A DNA stretch of 63,235 nucleotides, counting the filler, from Nemertoderma westbladi (Eukaryota > Animalia > Xenacoelomorpha): the NCBI GenBank assembly GCA_032718475.1. It is 3 parts of 3 records of this genome, joined end to end, with 100 filler letters (N's around TTAATTAATTAA, not from the genome) between each part and the next. Parts side by side here need not be neighbours in the genome. Positions count along the whole stretch, not along the records: positions 1 to 27,891 come from JAUCBJ010003436.1; 2 more parts are not named here. One strand, written 5' to 3'. Shown in pieces: positions 11,373 to 22,100 of the stretch (position 1 is its first letter; every line of letters begins with the position of its first letter). The notes under the pieces were generated by a model. That model was not told where the DNA came from. It ran no database searches and worked only from the letters and a program-made list of their open reading frames with translations. The position numbers and the translations under genes were made by a program.

Positions 11373-14273
11373 TTAAACCCAAGTCTTAGGGTCACACATT
11401 TCCCTTATTCTGGATGTACTGTCCAGACGGCATACATTAGTAATTGTACTCAATATTTTGTTATCAGTCTTATCAACTCTTTTAAATAAACTTACAATTG
11501 ACATGTATCTAATATGAACCATCATTTTAACATTAAATTGCCCGAATGCGCTGCTAATACTAGTTGGTTCACCGTTTGTTACTCTCGGAATATGAAAAAG
11601 TAACCTAAAACAATTGTTATACGCTATTCTGAGTTTATTATGCACAATTCCTGAATAATTTCGTTTAGCCCATAAAGCATTACAATAAACTGTTGAACAG
11701 AATGCTCTAAACAGTGTTAGCTTTACTTTATTGCTACAAGCACCAAATTTCCTAGCTAATAGATTACCTCTGGCGTACAGGCACTGTGTTTGCCTCTTTA
11801 TGTCAAAATCATCATCTGCACTGCTATGAATTATATGCCCTAAATAATTGAATTTTTCAACTACATCAATTTTAATACCATATAGATATACATCACCAAA
11901 AATACAATGACCTGAGCTCCTGGGAACGAAATATAAACATTTTGTTTTTTTCATATTAAATAATATAGAATTAAAAAATGCAAATCGTTCAGCTACGTTA
12001 ATTAATCGTTGTAACCCAAATAAACTATTCGATAAAAGACACAAGTCGTCGGCATATCCTAAATGATTCACCCTTGTACCCCCTATTAGACACCCTACCC
12101 CAGTCTCATTAAGTGCCCTACTTAAACCGTCCATATATACATTGAATAGAATCGGGGAAAGGACCCCACCCTGTTTCGTACCATTTGTAACCAAAAATTT
12201 ACCAGATTTATGCCCCGCCCACCTAACGTACATGTATTGCTCTCTATACCAGAAAATAAGAAGCCTAACTATGTACACAGGAATCCCCCTATCTAAAAGT
12301 TTGCGAAAGAGACCAAAGTGATTAATTCTGTCAAATGCTTTGCTCGCATCTAACATGCATACAAATACTGGACTATTCTTAGTCAGATAATAATTAATTA
12401 CCTCTTTCAAGGCATATATGCACGTTTCAGTTCCCAACTTAGCTTTGAATCCAAATTGATTATCTGTTGTATCTAACTTGTCTATGCACCTTATTAAAAT
12501 AATACGTTCTAGAATTTTACCCAGTACAGAAGAAATGGCAACACCTCTATAATTATCCTTACAAGTGATATCACCCGTCCTATCTTTAATTATAGGAAAA
12601 ATAGCCGAGTCGATTAATCCACTTGGTAAGTACCCGTGCACAAAGATAGCAGTGTATAGAACCGATAGTACTTTAAATAAGTTGAGACTGCACCCATAAA
12701 TTAAATGCTCGGCCGTTAACTGGTCAGGCCCAGCGGCCTTATCAGTATTTAGACTATTGATAGAATCTAGCACCTCAGAAATAGTAACTACTTCAGATTC
12801 TGCAAATAACTTTTTATGTAACTCAGTTTGTACCTTATTAAAAACATAGCCTTTCTCAGAATCATCATCTACACAGTTATATAAATCCGAGAAATGATTA
12901 CTCCACATTTCACTGATATCAGCTGCGCCCAGAGCACCCCCAACTTTAGTCGGCGGGGGGCTGCTATTATTAGAGGTATGTTTCCTAGCCTGGTCCCAAA
13001 AATCCTTAGAACTCTTATCTGACAGCAATGCATCTGCCATTTTATCATTACGTATTTTCTGTTCATCTTTTTTGCAATGTCTAACAGCCCTCTTAAAAGC
13101 AGCTCTGGAGCGCATGTAATCTACATGCACCTGACCTTGACGTGGCGAGCCACACTCACGCCACGACTTAAAACTACTCCTCGCATCATCATGCTTATCT
13201 CGCACATAATCATTCCACCCTGGAATGTGAGACCATTTTTTATCACACTTCTTAGGCAATTTCTTAATATGTGCCTCAGCAGAGTTAATAAGAATATCAG
13301 TAAGTTTACTATATAGGTTATTTATCTGGGTACGGTGCATACCACAGTTTACATCCCTACAATTAATAAAATCATTATTGATATCGAGATCACCCAACAT
13401 CTTACTGCACGTATCCGCATATAAAAATATATTATCCTGCGTGGTATGACGCCACTCAAATTTACTGCTTTTATCACAATTATTAGAACAATCATCATTA
13501 TAACCTGAAGTTTGTACATTGGTTATAACTTCCACATCAACTTCCCAAAATACCGGTAGGTGGTCATCTATAGAGTAATCAAATAGCACCTTAATTTCCT
13601 TTGTCTTCTTCAATAACGTACCTGTACACACAATGTGATCAAGCCACGATGTCGTAGAATGAGCTTCACTTACAAATGTATAAGTGTCGCTAGATAATGT
13701 AAGTGTATCAGCAATAACTAATGAATTAGAAACACACCAATCAAATAAATCACTATAAAATTGAGTTCCAGGCTTAGAGTTAAAATCTCCTACAATTGAT
13801 GAACACGAATATGATTGAGTTTCCAGTATATATTGCAATTTACCCAAGCACTCAGTAAATTCAGGTTCATTATCTGTACATTGAAAAGGCATATATACAT
13901 TTACAATAAGCATTTCCTCGTTATTCTTTAAATTAACCTTTAAACCCATGATTCTGCACTCATCTGTACCAAAGAAAACCGGTTCCACTATAGAAGCTAG
14001 CGAGTTGTTCCACAACACTGCAAGCCCCCCATAGGGACGGCCTCTTAGCGGACCGGCAGAAAGGTCAACGGGCGATACCCCTCTGCCAATAAAATCATTA
14101 TGAATTTCATTTAAAAAACCTAGCTCTTGTTTCGGAAGCCACGTCTCTTGCAGTAAAAGGATATCGCAAACCCCGGAAGACAATAATCTCCTAACATCAT
14201 TTAACCCCGACGGACTACGTACATTCTTGCAATTATATGAGATTATCTTAAGATTCTTAGTTGTAGTCGCCAT
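11373..14273 (-). CDS. LINE ORF2: APE endonuclease plus reverse transcriptase (966 aa)
   Basis: Endonuclease motifs SYNCKN, LLQETW, GDFNS, WLDH, DDHLP; RT motifs NYRGVA, QFGFK, LDASKAFD, GTKQGGVLSPILF, YADD, YLGH. Confidence 0.95.
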   Translation of the reverse strand: MATTTKNLKIISYNCKNVRSPSGLNDVRRLLSSGVCDILLLQETWLPKQELGFLNEIHNDFIGRGVSPVDLSAGPLRGRPYGGLAVLWNNSLASIVEPVFFGTDECRIMGLKVNLKNNEEMLIVNVYMPFQCTDNEPEFTECLGKLQYILETQSYSCSSIVGDFNSKPGTQFYSDLFDWCVSNSLVIADTLTLSSDTYTFVSEAHSTTSWLDHIVCTGTLLKKTKEIKVLFDYSIDDHLPVFWEVDVEVITNVQTSGYNDDCSNNCDKSSKFEWRHTTQDNIFLYADTCSKMLGDLDINNDFINCRDVNCGMHRTQINNLYSKLTDILINSAEAHIKKLPKKCDKKWSHIPGWNDYVRDKHDDARSSFKSWRECGSPRQGQVHVDYMRSRAAFKRAVRHCKKDEQKIRNDKMADALLSDKSSKDFWDQARKHTSNNSSPPPTKVGGALGAADISEMWSNHFSDLYNCVDDDSEKGYVFNKVQTELHKKLFAESEVVTISEVLDSINSLNTDKAAGPDQLTAEHLIYGCSLNLFKVLSVLYTAIFVHGYLPSGLIDSAIFPIIKDRTGDITCKDNYRGVAISSVLGKILERIILIRCIDKLDTTDNQFGFKAKLGTETCIYALKEVINYYLTKNSPVFVCMLDASKAFDRINHFGLFRKLLDRGIPVYIVRLLIFWYREQYMYVRWAGHKSGKFLVTNGTKQGGVLSPILFNVYMDGLSRALNETGVGCLIGGTRVNHLGYADDLCLLSNSLFGLQRLINVAERFAFFNSILFNMKKTKCLYFVPRSSGHCIFGDVYLYGIKIDVVEKFNYLGHIIHSSADDDFDIKRQTQCLYARGNLLARKFGACSNKVKLTLFRAFCSTVYCNALWAKRNYSGIVHNKLRIAYNNCFRLLFHIPRVTNGEPTSISSAFGQFNVKMMVHIRYMSIVSLFKRVDKTDNKILSTITNVCRLDSTSRIREMCDPKTWV

Positions 14274-14376
14274 TATGATTTTTAAAAATTATACAAATAT
14301 CCGCTAAAAAAACAGTGAAAAATAGAAAATAAACAACAGATATACATATTAACACATTTGCACATACAGATACTAA

Positions 14377-15987
14377 TTAAGTGGCTTCACTCTCTGACAG
14401 TAGCACATATGGGTTATTACTTTCCCGCTCAGAGCAATTGCTGGAAACCTCATCAGTTCGAGGGGAACTCAAATCGGATCCCTGACCAGTCCCGTCAGCT
14501 CCTTGTGCACTCACACCGAATCCCTGTGTAGATACAGTTACGTCAGAATCCAGTTGACTCAGATCCTCTCTTCCGGTTGACCCGGGTTCCCTTCCATTCG
14601 CGATCGACTCCAACTCAGTGCTGTGATCCGTTCTGGCTCCCGGCCTCATTCCCGATCCGTCCTGTCTTGCTGGCGCGTTGCTTGTTGTACGCCGTTGGCC
14701 GGAACTCCCATTAAACATCAGCCTACTAGGAACAAACTCCCTAATTCGAGAGAACTGCGGCCACAGATTCGCATCCAGGAGACTGGACTCCTCGTCGCCC
14801 CTGCAGGAAATCCGGAACGAAGCGGTTCTCGAATCACGATGGGAGATCCGCTCGCAGCCAATGGCGATACCTAGAGCATCCTTTACGTGCTGCTTGATTG
14901 TATCAGAGTCAACCTTTGGGCCACATCCAGTTAGAAATAGTTTGGATGGAGGCCGTACCGTAGCGAAAGCCTTACTACCCGCCGTTCCTTGAATAAAACG
15001 CTGTCCAGTATCCCTGTCTGTATTCCATCCAGCCCCAGACCTACCAACACCGCTACCAGTCCCATTCGCATCCCATCGTCCAGCACGACTGCCAGGCTGA
15101 ATGGTGCGCAGGCCTCGAGGTGGGGACTCTCGATGCCGCCCATCCGGCCCAACTCTGAACCAGTCTCTTTCCGCTGGGTTACTTTCCCTGGGATTAAGCG
15201 CCCCAATAAACGACCTGGAAGCGGGGTCGGACAGTCCGCTGCCAACAGGAGGCCCAGTCGTATGAGGCTGAGCTGGACCCCCGCTACCATGGGGAGCTGC
15301 TCGCCCCGAACCCGACCCGGCAAACACGACGTCATCATCCGCTCCGCACCCCGAATACAATCGGGGTACATTCCCAGTCCCCGTATCTGCTGGAGGAACA
15401 CTTCTGTCAGATCTATCAGCCCCGAAAACCGTCGCGGACCCCACATCCCCTCCGCATTTAGGGAGAGCAGTGGCAATAGGCCTATCTTCTAAAACCGCAA
15501 CTCTATCTTGCAGCCCACTAACTAATTTGAGCAGTAATGCCAGATCTGCCTCAACAGGCGAGAATGGCGGAAACAACGACACATCCTTCGGAATGAACCG
15601 AGGGCTGATTGAAGACGAGGACGGGATATGCCTACTGGCTGTACTACCAGCACCGCTTCCGTCTGTATTGCTATCATATGTACGCCGACCATCATCATAA
15701 CCAGGATACTCAAAAATCTCTATCATATCGTTAATCAAATTCTTTCGTAGCATCTCACCAGCCTGACGCGATTTAGAAAAGCTCTGCTTCGACTTTCCCC
15801 TATCAGAGCTCGGAATCAAACCTAGCAAAGTCTGTTTTGCCTCCTTCAGCATTGCATCAGTGAACTTATGCCATGGCTGAATTATAGCTACAATAGTATC
15901 TTTCCTATACCCCTTAACATGGGCCGACCATATGTACGTGAGTACATCGTTTTCAATATGTGAACAATGAACCCGGGAGCACGTCAT
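14377..15987 (-). CDS. LINE ORF1 (536 aa): coiled-coil, G/S/P-rich linker, RRM-like C-terminal domain
   Basis: Lies directly upstream of ORF2 on the same strand; LALLLKLVSGLQDRVAVLE coiled-coil; KLFLTG...ASFRISC...LWPQFSRIREF is typical of CR1-group ORF1. Confidence 0.85.
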   Translation of the reverse strand: MTCSRVHCSHIENDVLTYIWSAHVKGYRKDTIVAIIQPWHKFTDAMLKEAKQTLLGLIPSSDRGKSKQSFSKSRQAGEMLRKNLINDMIEIFEYPGYDDGRRTYDSNTDGSGAGSTASRHIPSSSSISPRFIPKDVSLFPPFSPVEADLALLLKLVSGLQDRVAVLEDRPIATALPKCGGDVGSATVFGADRSDRSVPPADTGTGNVPRLYSGCGADDDVVFAGSGSGRAAPHGSGGPAQPHTTGPPVGSGLSDPASRSFIGALNPRESNPAERDWFRVGPDGRHRESPPRGLRTIQPGSRAGRWDANGTGSGVGRSGAGWNTDRDTGQRFIQGTAGSKAFATVRPPSKLFLTGCGPKVDSDTIKQHVKDALGIAIGCERISHRDSRTASFRISCRGDEESSLLDANLWPQFSRIREFVPSRLMFNGSSGQRRTTSNAPARQDGSGMRPGARTDHSTELESIANGREPGSTGREDLSQLDSDVTVSTQGFGVSAQGADGTGQGSDLSSPRTDEVSSNCSERESNNPYVLLSESEAT

Positions 15988-16499
15988 CCCGCAGTACAGT
16001 CAGAAGGTCCAACAGTAGGCAGTGCAACAGTACAGTCTGACAGTACAGCAGTATATTTAGTACCGGTACAGTACAGCAGTATAATAAGAATAAAATAAAA
16101 TAATACATTCCCTTCAAAGAACTTAATAAATAATACCCATGCAATCCGCAAGGTGGTGCACAATACTGCTATACTGGTACCATTATTTATCTGATTTTAG
16201 GCTTGTTTGGCTAGTGTCGTTCAAACGTACTAATACCGGTGAACAATAAACAAAACAAACGAGCATAGGCGTAGGCCTACATACCGTTAAAAGATTTGCA
16301 AAATATGGGCAATCAAAGCTTTCATATCATAGCTAAGTATACTGAAATTACAGTATATTGAGATCTAAACATATACAGATATACGTAGTTGTTTATCTCT
16401 GTTCTAGAACACTTAATTTAATTACTCCAGTAACAAACGTTATAATTTAATGTAATTTTTGGAATAGGTTGACTAATTTGCACTTGTATTTTATGCTGT

Positions 16500-16643
16500 A
16501 AAAAAAATTCCCCAAGGTATCCCAACTGGCACCCGGTGAATATTTACATTATTATTATGAGGGAAGACATTGAGAAAATAAAATTGCTTGATGACCCAAG
16601 TTCACGGTCCTCCCTTGAGCTCTATTGAGCGTCTACTGGACTA
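16500..16643 (-). mobile_element. Putative terminus of the Academ-like element (5'-TAGTCCAGTAGACG on minus strand)
   Basis: Ends in ...CTACTGGACTA, matching the TAG...CTA termini I recall for Academ; orientation fits the minus-strand transposase relic at 7503-9101. No partner end was found. Confidence 0.4.
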
Positions 16644-16799
16644 ATTTAAATGGATATGAATAAAAGTGTTTTTGAATAAAGAATATGTTTTTAATTAATA
16701 ATTATGTAATATATAATTTTAATATAATAATTTAATATATAATTTAATTATGTTAATCAATTGGGTATTTGAATTTGTTTATTGCCTTTAATAATTCAT

Positions 16800-18800
16800 T
16801 GAATCCATTAAATTTTCCCTTATGTATCTGTCGTCTCCACAAGTATTCGGTAAGTTTTTCAGAGAATTTCTCTTGATAGGCATTGCACTCCTTGCACCAT
16901 GCTCTTGCGTCCTAAATTCTTATAATTTTTAGCCTTACTTTCTTTTAATCGCTTTGAGTTGTCCTTTGTGCATTTCACAACCCTTTTGATTTTCTGGACA
17001 CTCTTTACATATTTCCTGCTGTTTATTTAAGACTGCCGTTTTAATACGCAACTCTTCTCCAACCACATACAGCTCTAGTTCACAATCCTCGCTGACACTT
17101 ATAATTTTCACTGTTCTGAAATAGTCCTTTGCCAGCCTCCATGAAGCCTCAATTCTGTTGGTGTGCATACCGTCTTTGGCTATAAATGGGTTTATTTTGT
17201 TACTATGGTATATACTACTTTATGAGTATAGCCCATGTTCCAAGGTCATCGTAAGTCTTCCACATGTCGGTTCTGATGGTAGTTCCCGGTTTAATATATC
17301 TTTGAATTATTGGTGTCAGCTCGATTACACTTCGCGTTGTTGTTCGGACAAGTTATTAGGCGGAGATCCTCTGAATCGTCTTCGATCAATCCCATGACCC
17401 AGTGCCCATCCGTTCTACGACCTCTATCACATTTTCGTTTCCCGAACTCTCATCGACCTGGACTGTCTTTCCTGCTCCTCCTATTGGACCTAGTTCCTCC
17501 TGCTCTTTTAGAAATCTAATTGCGATTATTTCTCGGGCACTAGTGTGTTATAGCTACACCCCCCCCCCCCCCCCCAAATTTTTATTACTAGCTAGTTTTT
17601 GCTATTTCTTTTTTTTTAATGTTCTAGAACATGAAATACATTTAAAAAAAATAATAAAATGTTCTAGAACAAATATTTTTTGTTCTAGAACAATATTTAA
17701 AAAAATTAAAAAAATTAATGTACTATTTTTCTTTTTTAATAATGTTCTAGAACATGTTAGCTATTCAGAACTAGAAAAAAAAAGTTCTAGAACAAATAGT
17801 TTTTGTTCTAGAACAGTTCAAAAAAAATGAAATATTTTTTTTAATTTTATTTAGAATTTGTTTCATATAATTTTTAATCGTTGCTGGCAAGATGGGTTTT
17901 ATTTTTGGGGGGGGGGGGGGGTTAGCTAGTATTTTTTTAATAGCTAATTAAAATTAAAAATTCACTGTATTGAGGTCATTATATTCAGAAATTAATGATA
18001 GTTACAGGATAAATTAATGATTAATGCTTAGAATACATACTGTGTAATATTTATTATTTAGCGTCACAGATTTACAGACGTCGCGCAGCGGGTAATATTT
18101 TCTAATCAAATGCAATAGATCAGAAAATGGATTTTCTTTGTGTAACATCTTCCACCTAAACTCTGCTAGCTGTTGGGCGAAAGTTGACCTCTTGATACCT
18201 ATGTTTCGCCTTAGAATGTGGAGTTTGGCGTGGCGGCACTAGTGTAACAAAAAATAAAATTTGTATGATTTTTTAATTTTTTGTTCTAGAACAAAAAATA
18301 TTTGTTCTAGAACATTTTATTATTTTTTTTCAAATGTATTTCATGTTCTAGAACATTTCAAAAAAAAGAAATAGCAAAAACTAGCTAGTAATAAAAATTT
18401 TGAGGGGGGTGTAGCTATAACACACTAGTACCATTTCTCGAATATAATTATACCAGTCAGCTCTAGTTTCCTGAGAAATACGTTTCTTTGATGCCCCTCC
18501 TATCTCATCTACTGTATTAGGATTGCCTCGCGTCGGAATTCTTCATACGAGTCGTTTGCAGTATCGTCTCAGGTGAAAACCTGGCACCTTCGAACCATGT
18601 CCCTTGAGCCATAGAGAAAAACTTTCCGCGGCAATCCCCTCTTCCGCATTGGAAGCGTCCTACACCATGTCCAGACGTTTTTTTCCAGGCAAAATTTGCT
18701 CGATGGTAGCTGTTTAATTTCCTTGAGCCACGCAATTGTTGATTCGGGATCAGCGCATATTTAATGCAGTTGGTGTCTACTTTCTATCACTTCTATATTT
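16800..18800 (-). pseudogene. Degraded Merlin/ISXO2 transposase interrupted by a MITE
   Basis: Collinear frameshifted fragments: GRFQC..C...GTWFEGA, DWYNYIREI, GGAGKTVQVDES, GHWVMGLIE, HTNRIEASW, LTEYLWRR. Confidence 0.8.
17536..18432. mobile_element. Non-autonomous Merlin-type MITE (897 bp)
   Basis: TIRs GG(C/T)ACTAGTGTGTTATAGCTACACCCCCC extending imperfectly ~150 bp; 8-bp TSD ATTTCTCG at 17528-17535 and 18433-18440. Confidence 0.9.
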
Positions 18801-18984
18801 TGCATTTTTGCTTTTTTATTGATCAATTTAGCTGCAATTAAAATTTATACCTAAACGAAATATTCTAGAACACTAAATTGTTTTATTTCTATCACTACAT
18901 AAGCTTTGCTACATAAAAAATGTTATTACTAGCTATATTAAATTTAAAAAATTACTAGCTATATGTTCTAGAACAATAATTTTT

Positions 18985-20195
18985 GGGCCATGGACATTTC
19001 CACAGAAAATGGGACACAATATGAAAAAAATAAAACTTAAAAAAAAGCAATTTGTTATGATTTATTGGGTAAAATTTCATAAATTTTTCGAATTTGACAA
19101 AATTTACATTGATTTGAGTGTATAAAGTAGGAATTTTTGCGATTATATCGACCAAAAAATACCAAAATTCAAGGCGAAATATTTTTTTTACTGTTTATCA
19201 ATATAGGCTATCCTTGGTATCATTGTAATCAGCCGCAAATGCACATTCCAATGTAGGTAGTTCTACGCCATAAACACAGAACGCTTCTCGTACAATAAGC
19301 ATTAAAAGCTACCTGTGTACAATTGTAACGTCCGACACTTTTTTTACATTGTTTCTCAATTACTTCTCTATTGTTTGGAAAATCATATCGAAATTAAAAT
19401 GACTCAATGCCGACGTAAGAAGGCGTCTCTTGTGCCATTTACAGCAATCCACACTACCATAAAGGCTGTGATTTTAGTGAATGATGTTTGTAACGTCCGA
19501 CATATTGTAACGTCCGACACTATTATTATTTAATGTATTTAAAGGCTAAATTGTAGTGTATAGTGTAAATTGCATAAATAAATAAAAATAGGTTTCAATA
19601 ATTGCGATTTCACTCAAAATTCACACCTTAGTATTTTGATAATATATTTGGCAATTGTTGGTGAAATTTAAAATGGTTTTCAGATTCGGAATCTGCAGAT
19701 GAAGGCGGTTCTAATGACATCTACAGTACATTTCAACGACGAAAAATAAAGCACCCAGAGGTGGCTAAATATTGCTATTTTTATGTAATGTCCAACACGT
19801 AACGTCCGACACCATTCCGCACAACTTTGAATTGCAAATGTCGGCTTCAAAAGATCTGCAGTGCAATTTTGAAAACATTTTCGAAAAATAGAATAGTTGA
19901 GCTTCAATTTGAGCCCAAAAATAATAACATACCAGTCTTCGGCATTAATTGCAATCAAAAGTAAAATATGTACTTTAAAAAGTGTCCTATTTTTGTAACG
20001 TTTAAAAGTCAACTACTGTTTCAGAAGAATAACGTTTCCCAATGCAGAGTATTTGCGATATTCTGAAAGATTAATAAATTGTCTCATTTATTCAACGCAA
20101 TCTGATGTCAAAAATTCAAGTATTTTCGTAAATTTAAAGAAAAACATTCAAAAATCGAGAATGTCCGTAACGTCCGACACCGTGGAATTGCCCCC
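18985..20195. mobile_element. Probable non-autonomous DNA transposon with recurring TAACGTCCGACA motifs
   Basis: Motif recurs near 19326, 19491, 19508, 19800 and 20168; right end ...GTGGAATTGCCCC looks like a TIR; left end uncertain. Confidence 0.4.
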
Positions 20196-20494
20196 ATGTG
20201 AAGAATACCAGACTTTCTGCCGTTATGTTTCACTTTGCAGTTATAGTTACCCCCATGTGAAGAATACCACGTTTTCACCAAAAACACAGGTTACAGAAGT
20301 GCTGAATCTAACCAAAACAATAAACGAATTAGTATATGTACAGGTTATAAGGCAGAAATAAGCGCTATAAAACACTTAATAAAGATAAATTTAAAAAATA
20401 ATAAATCTTCATATATAAAATTCCAATAAAAAGTCGACCGAAAAGTGAAATCCTGGTATTCTTCACATAGGCGATTTTTTTATTTTATTTTTGT

Positions 20495-21110
20495 TCTACT
20501 GTGGGGCGAGACACGTAGTCGGCGAGCCTTGGCATACGGTTCATATAGGGCAAATGGGGCATGTCCGTCTGTCTGTCTGTCCGTCTGTCTGGTAAATGTT
20601 TGAACGCGAATTTCTCTGCATCGCTGGTTCGGAATTGAACCAAACTTAGTAGGTAAGTAGTAGAGAGAAAGTTTAGAAAGTTTGGTGAAAAATCATGCAG
20701 TCTGACGTCAGCTACGACAGATTATGTAGTTTTTAGAAAATGTTAAATTTCTCGGGAAGGCCTCATTTTCCTGAGCTGAAATTTTGGTGGCCTGTAGAGA
20801 ATCATGAAGTCTATCTTTTACGAAATTGAAAAGTTAAGACATTTAATTGGGGATCCGCTAGAGACTCAGAAGTAATGACATAGGCCTACCGGTACGGTAC
20901 TGCTGTACAGTGCTGCACTGGTAAGTACGAAATTGCAGAATAACAATTTGACACCACCTAGCGGATTAACATATGATTGTATATCGAATGAATACATTTA
21001 TAGCATGGGATATTGGGTCCAAACTAGACATGCCCCATTTGCTCTATATGAACCGTATGCCAAGGCTTGCCGACTACGTGCTGCGCGAAGTCCCCACGAA
21101 CGTGTAGAAT
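20495..21110 (+). mobile_element. DINE-1/HINE-like (Helentron-associated) non-autonomous element
   Basis: 54-bp subterminal inverted repeats (20512-20565, 21027-21080; 2 mismatches), (CTGT)n microsatellite after the first, short GC-rich 3' segment; related ends near 41270-41310 and 42215-42345. Confidence 0.6.
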
Positions 21111-21224
21111 AGTGTATATAATATATTTTTTATTCTAGAACTCTTCACTGTTGCCATGGTAACAATGATTTATGTTATAAAAATGTAGTTCTATACGGAA
21201 CTGTTACCATTTTAATGGCCATAT

Positions 21225-22100
21225 TTTAACTGTCCCAACGGTATTCCCACTGCTGTGCTTAAACTTCTGAGAAATGAATTAGCCGACCCTATTTATAATT
21301 TGTTTCAATTATCTTTAAGTACTGGTGTTGTACCTATGTAGCATGAGGAAATGTGCAGACATGATCCCTAAGAAAGGTTGCCAGATCTTGTGCAGAAAAT
21401 TACAGACCAATTTATTTTGAAGATTGTTTGAACGTATAGCTTAATAAAGTGTCATCGTTCCGTGATTTGGGTATAGAGGTAGACAGTAAGCTTTATTTTC
21501 ATACTCATAATATACATAACATCTTTTCTAAATGTTATAGGGTAATTAATTGTTTAATCCGTTGCTTTTCAACTAATAATAATTGTGAAGCGTTATTATT
21601 GGCTTACAAAGTCTACGCTCGCCCTATTTTAGAGTACGGCAGCGCTGTATGGAATCCGTTTGTAAAGGCTAGACCCTTCCTTGGCTTAACCGACTACTGG
21701 AGTCCGTACAGCGATACTTTTTAGAGATATTTTATAGATGTAATTTTGCTACTGGTGCCGATTATATAACTCGCTTGGAATTTTTGAATATTGAGCCTCT
21801 AGAACTTCGTCGTATCCACAATGACTTAACTACAGTTTATAAATTATTTCATGGTGCTATTGATTTAGATATTGATAATATGTTTAGGAGGCCATATCTT
21901 TCTTATCTGAGGGGCCACCCTTATAAATTAATACAAAGCCATTGTGGTAACGTCGCTGTGCAAAATTAATTCTCCAATCGCATTGTTCCGATTTGGAACT
22001 CGCTACAAGTAATTCAGTCCTTTCTGCAACTGCTGATATTTTTAAATCGCGCCTTCAATCACATGACTTCACTAAATATCTAAAATTTAATAGAAATATC
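21225..22100 (+). pseudogene. Degraded CR1-type LINE reverse transcriptase and C-terminal region
   Basis: Fragments PNGIPTAVLK...LFQLSLSTGVVP, FRDLGIEVDSKLYF, YARPILEYGSAVWNP, LELRRIHNDL, LRGHPYKL with stops, frameshifts and an internal deletion. Confidence 0.85.

Larger units (their letters stand above)
11157..16100 (-). mobile_element. Apparently full-length CR1-group (L2/Daphne/Crack-like) non-LTR retrotransposon
   Basis: Two intact tandem ORFs on the minus strand; 3' end reads AATAAA then an (AAT)n tail (11157-11179); 5' boundary approximate, no TSD seen. Confidence 0.9.
9694..16237 (+). mobile_element. Complete Merlin (IS1595/ISXO2-related) DNA transposon carrying a nested LINE
   Basis: Perfect 35-bp TIRs GGTATTAGTACGTTTGAACGACACTAGCCAAACAA at 9694-9728 and 16203-16237; 9-bp TSD GGTGAACAA at 9685-9693 and 16238-16246; GG termini and 8-9 bp TSD fit Merlin. 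Confidence 0.93.

Noticed and set aside
14623-15713. Overlapping ORFs within LINE ORF1
   Set aside because: Shadow ORFs from a GC-rich coding region with no motifs.
21150-21163. Strong RFX X-box GTTGCCATGGTAAC
   Set aside because: Lies inside a dispersed repeat with an inverted paralog at ~41010-41110 and is 4.8 kb from SPACA9.
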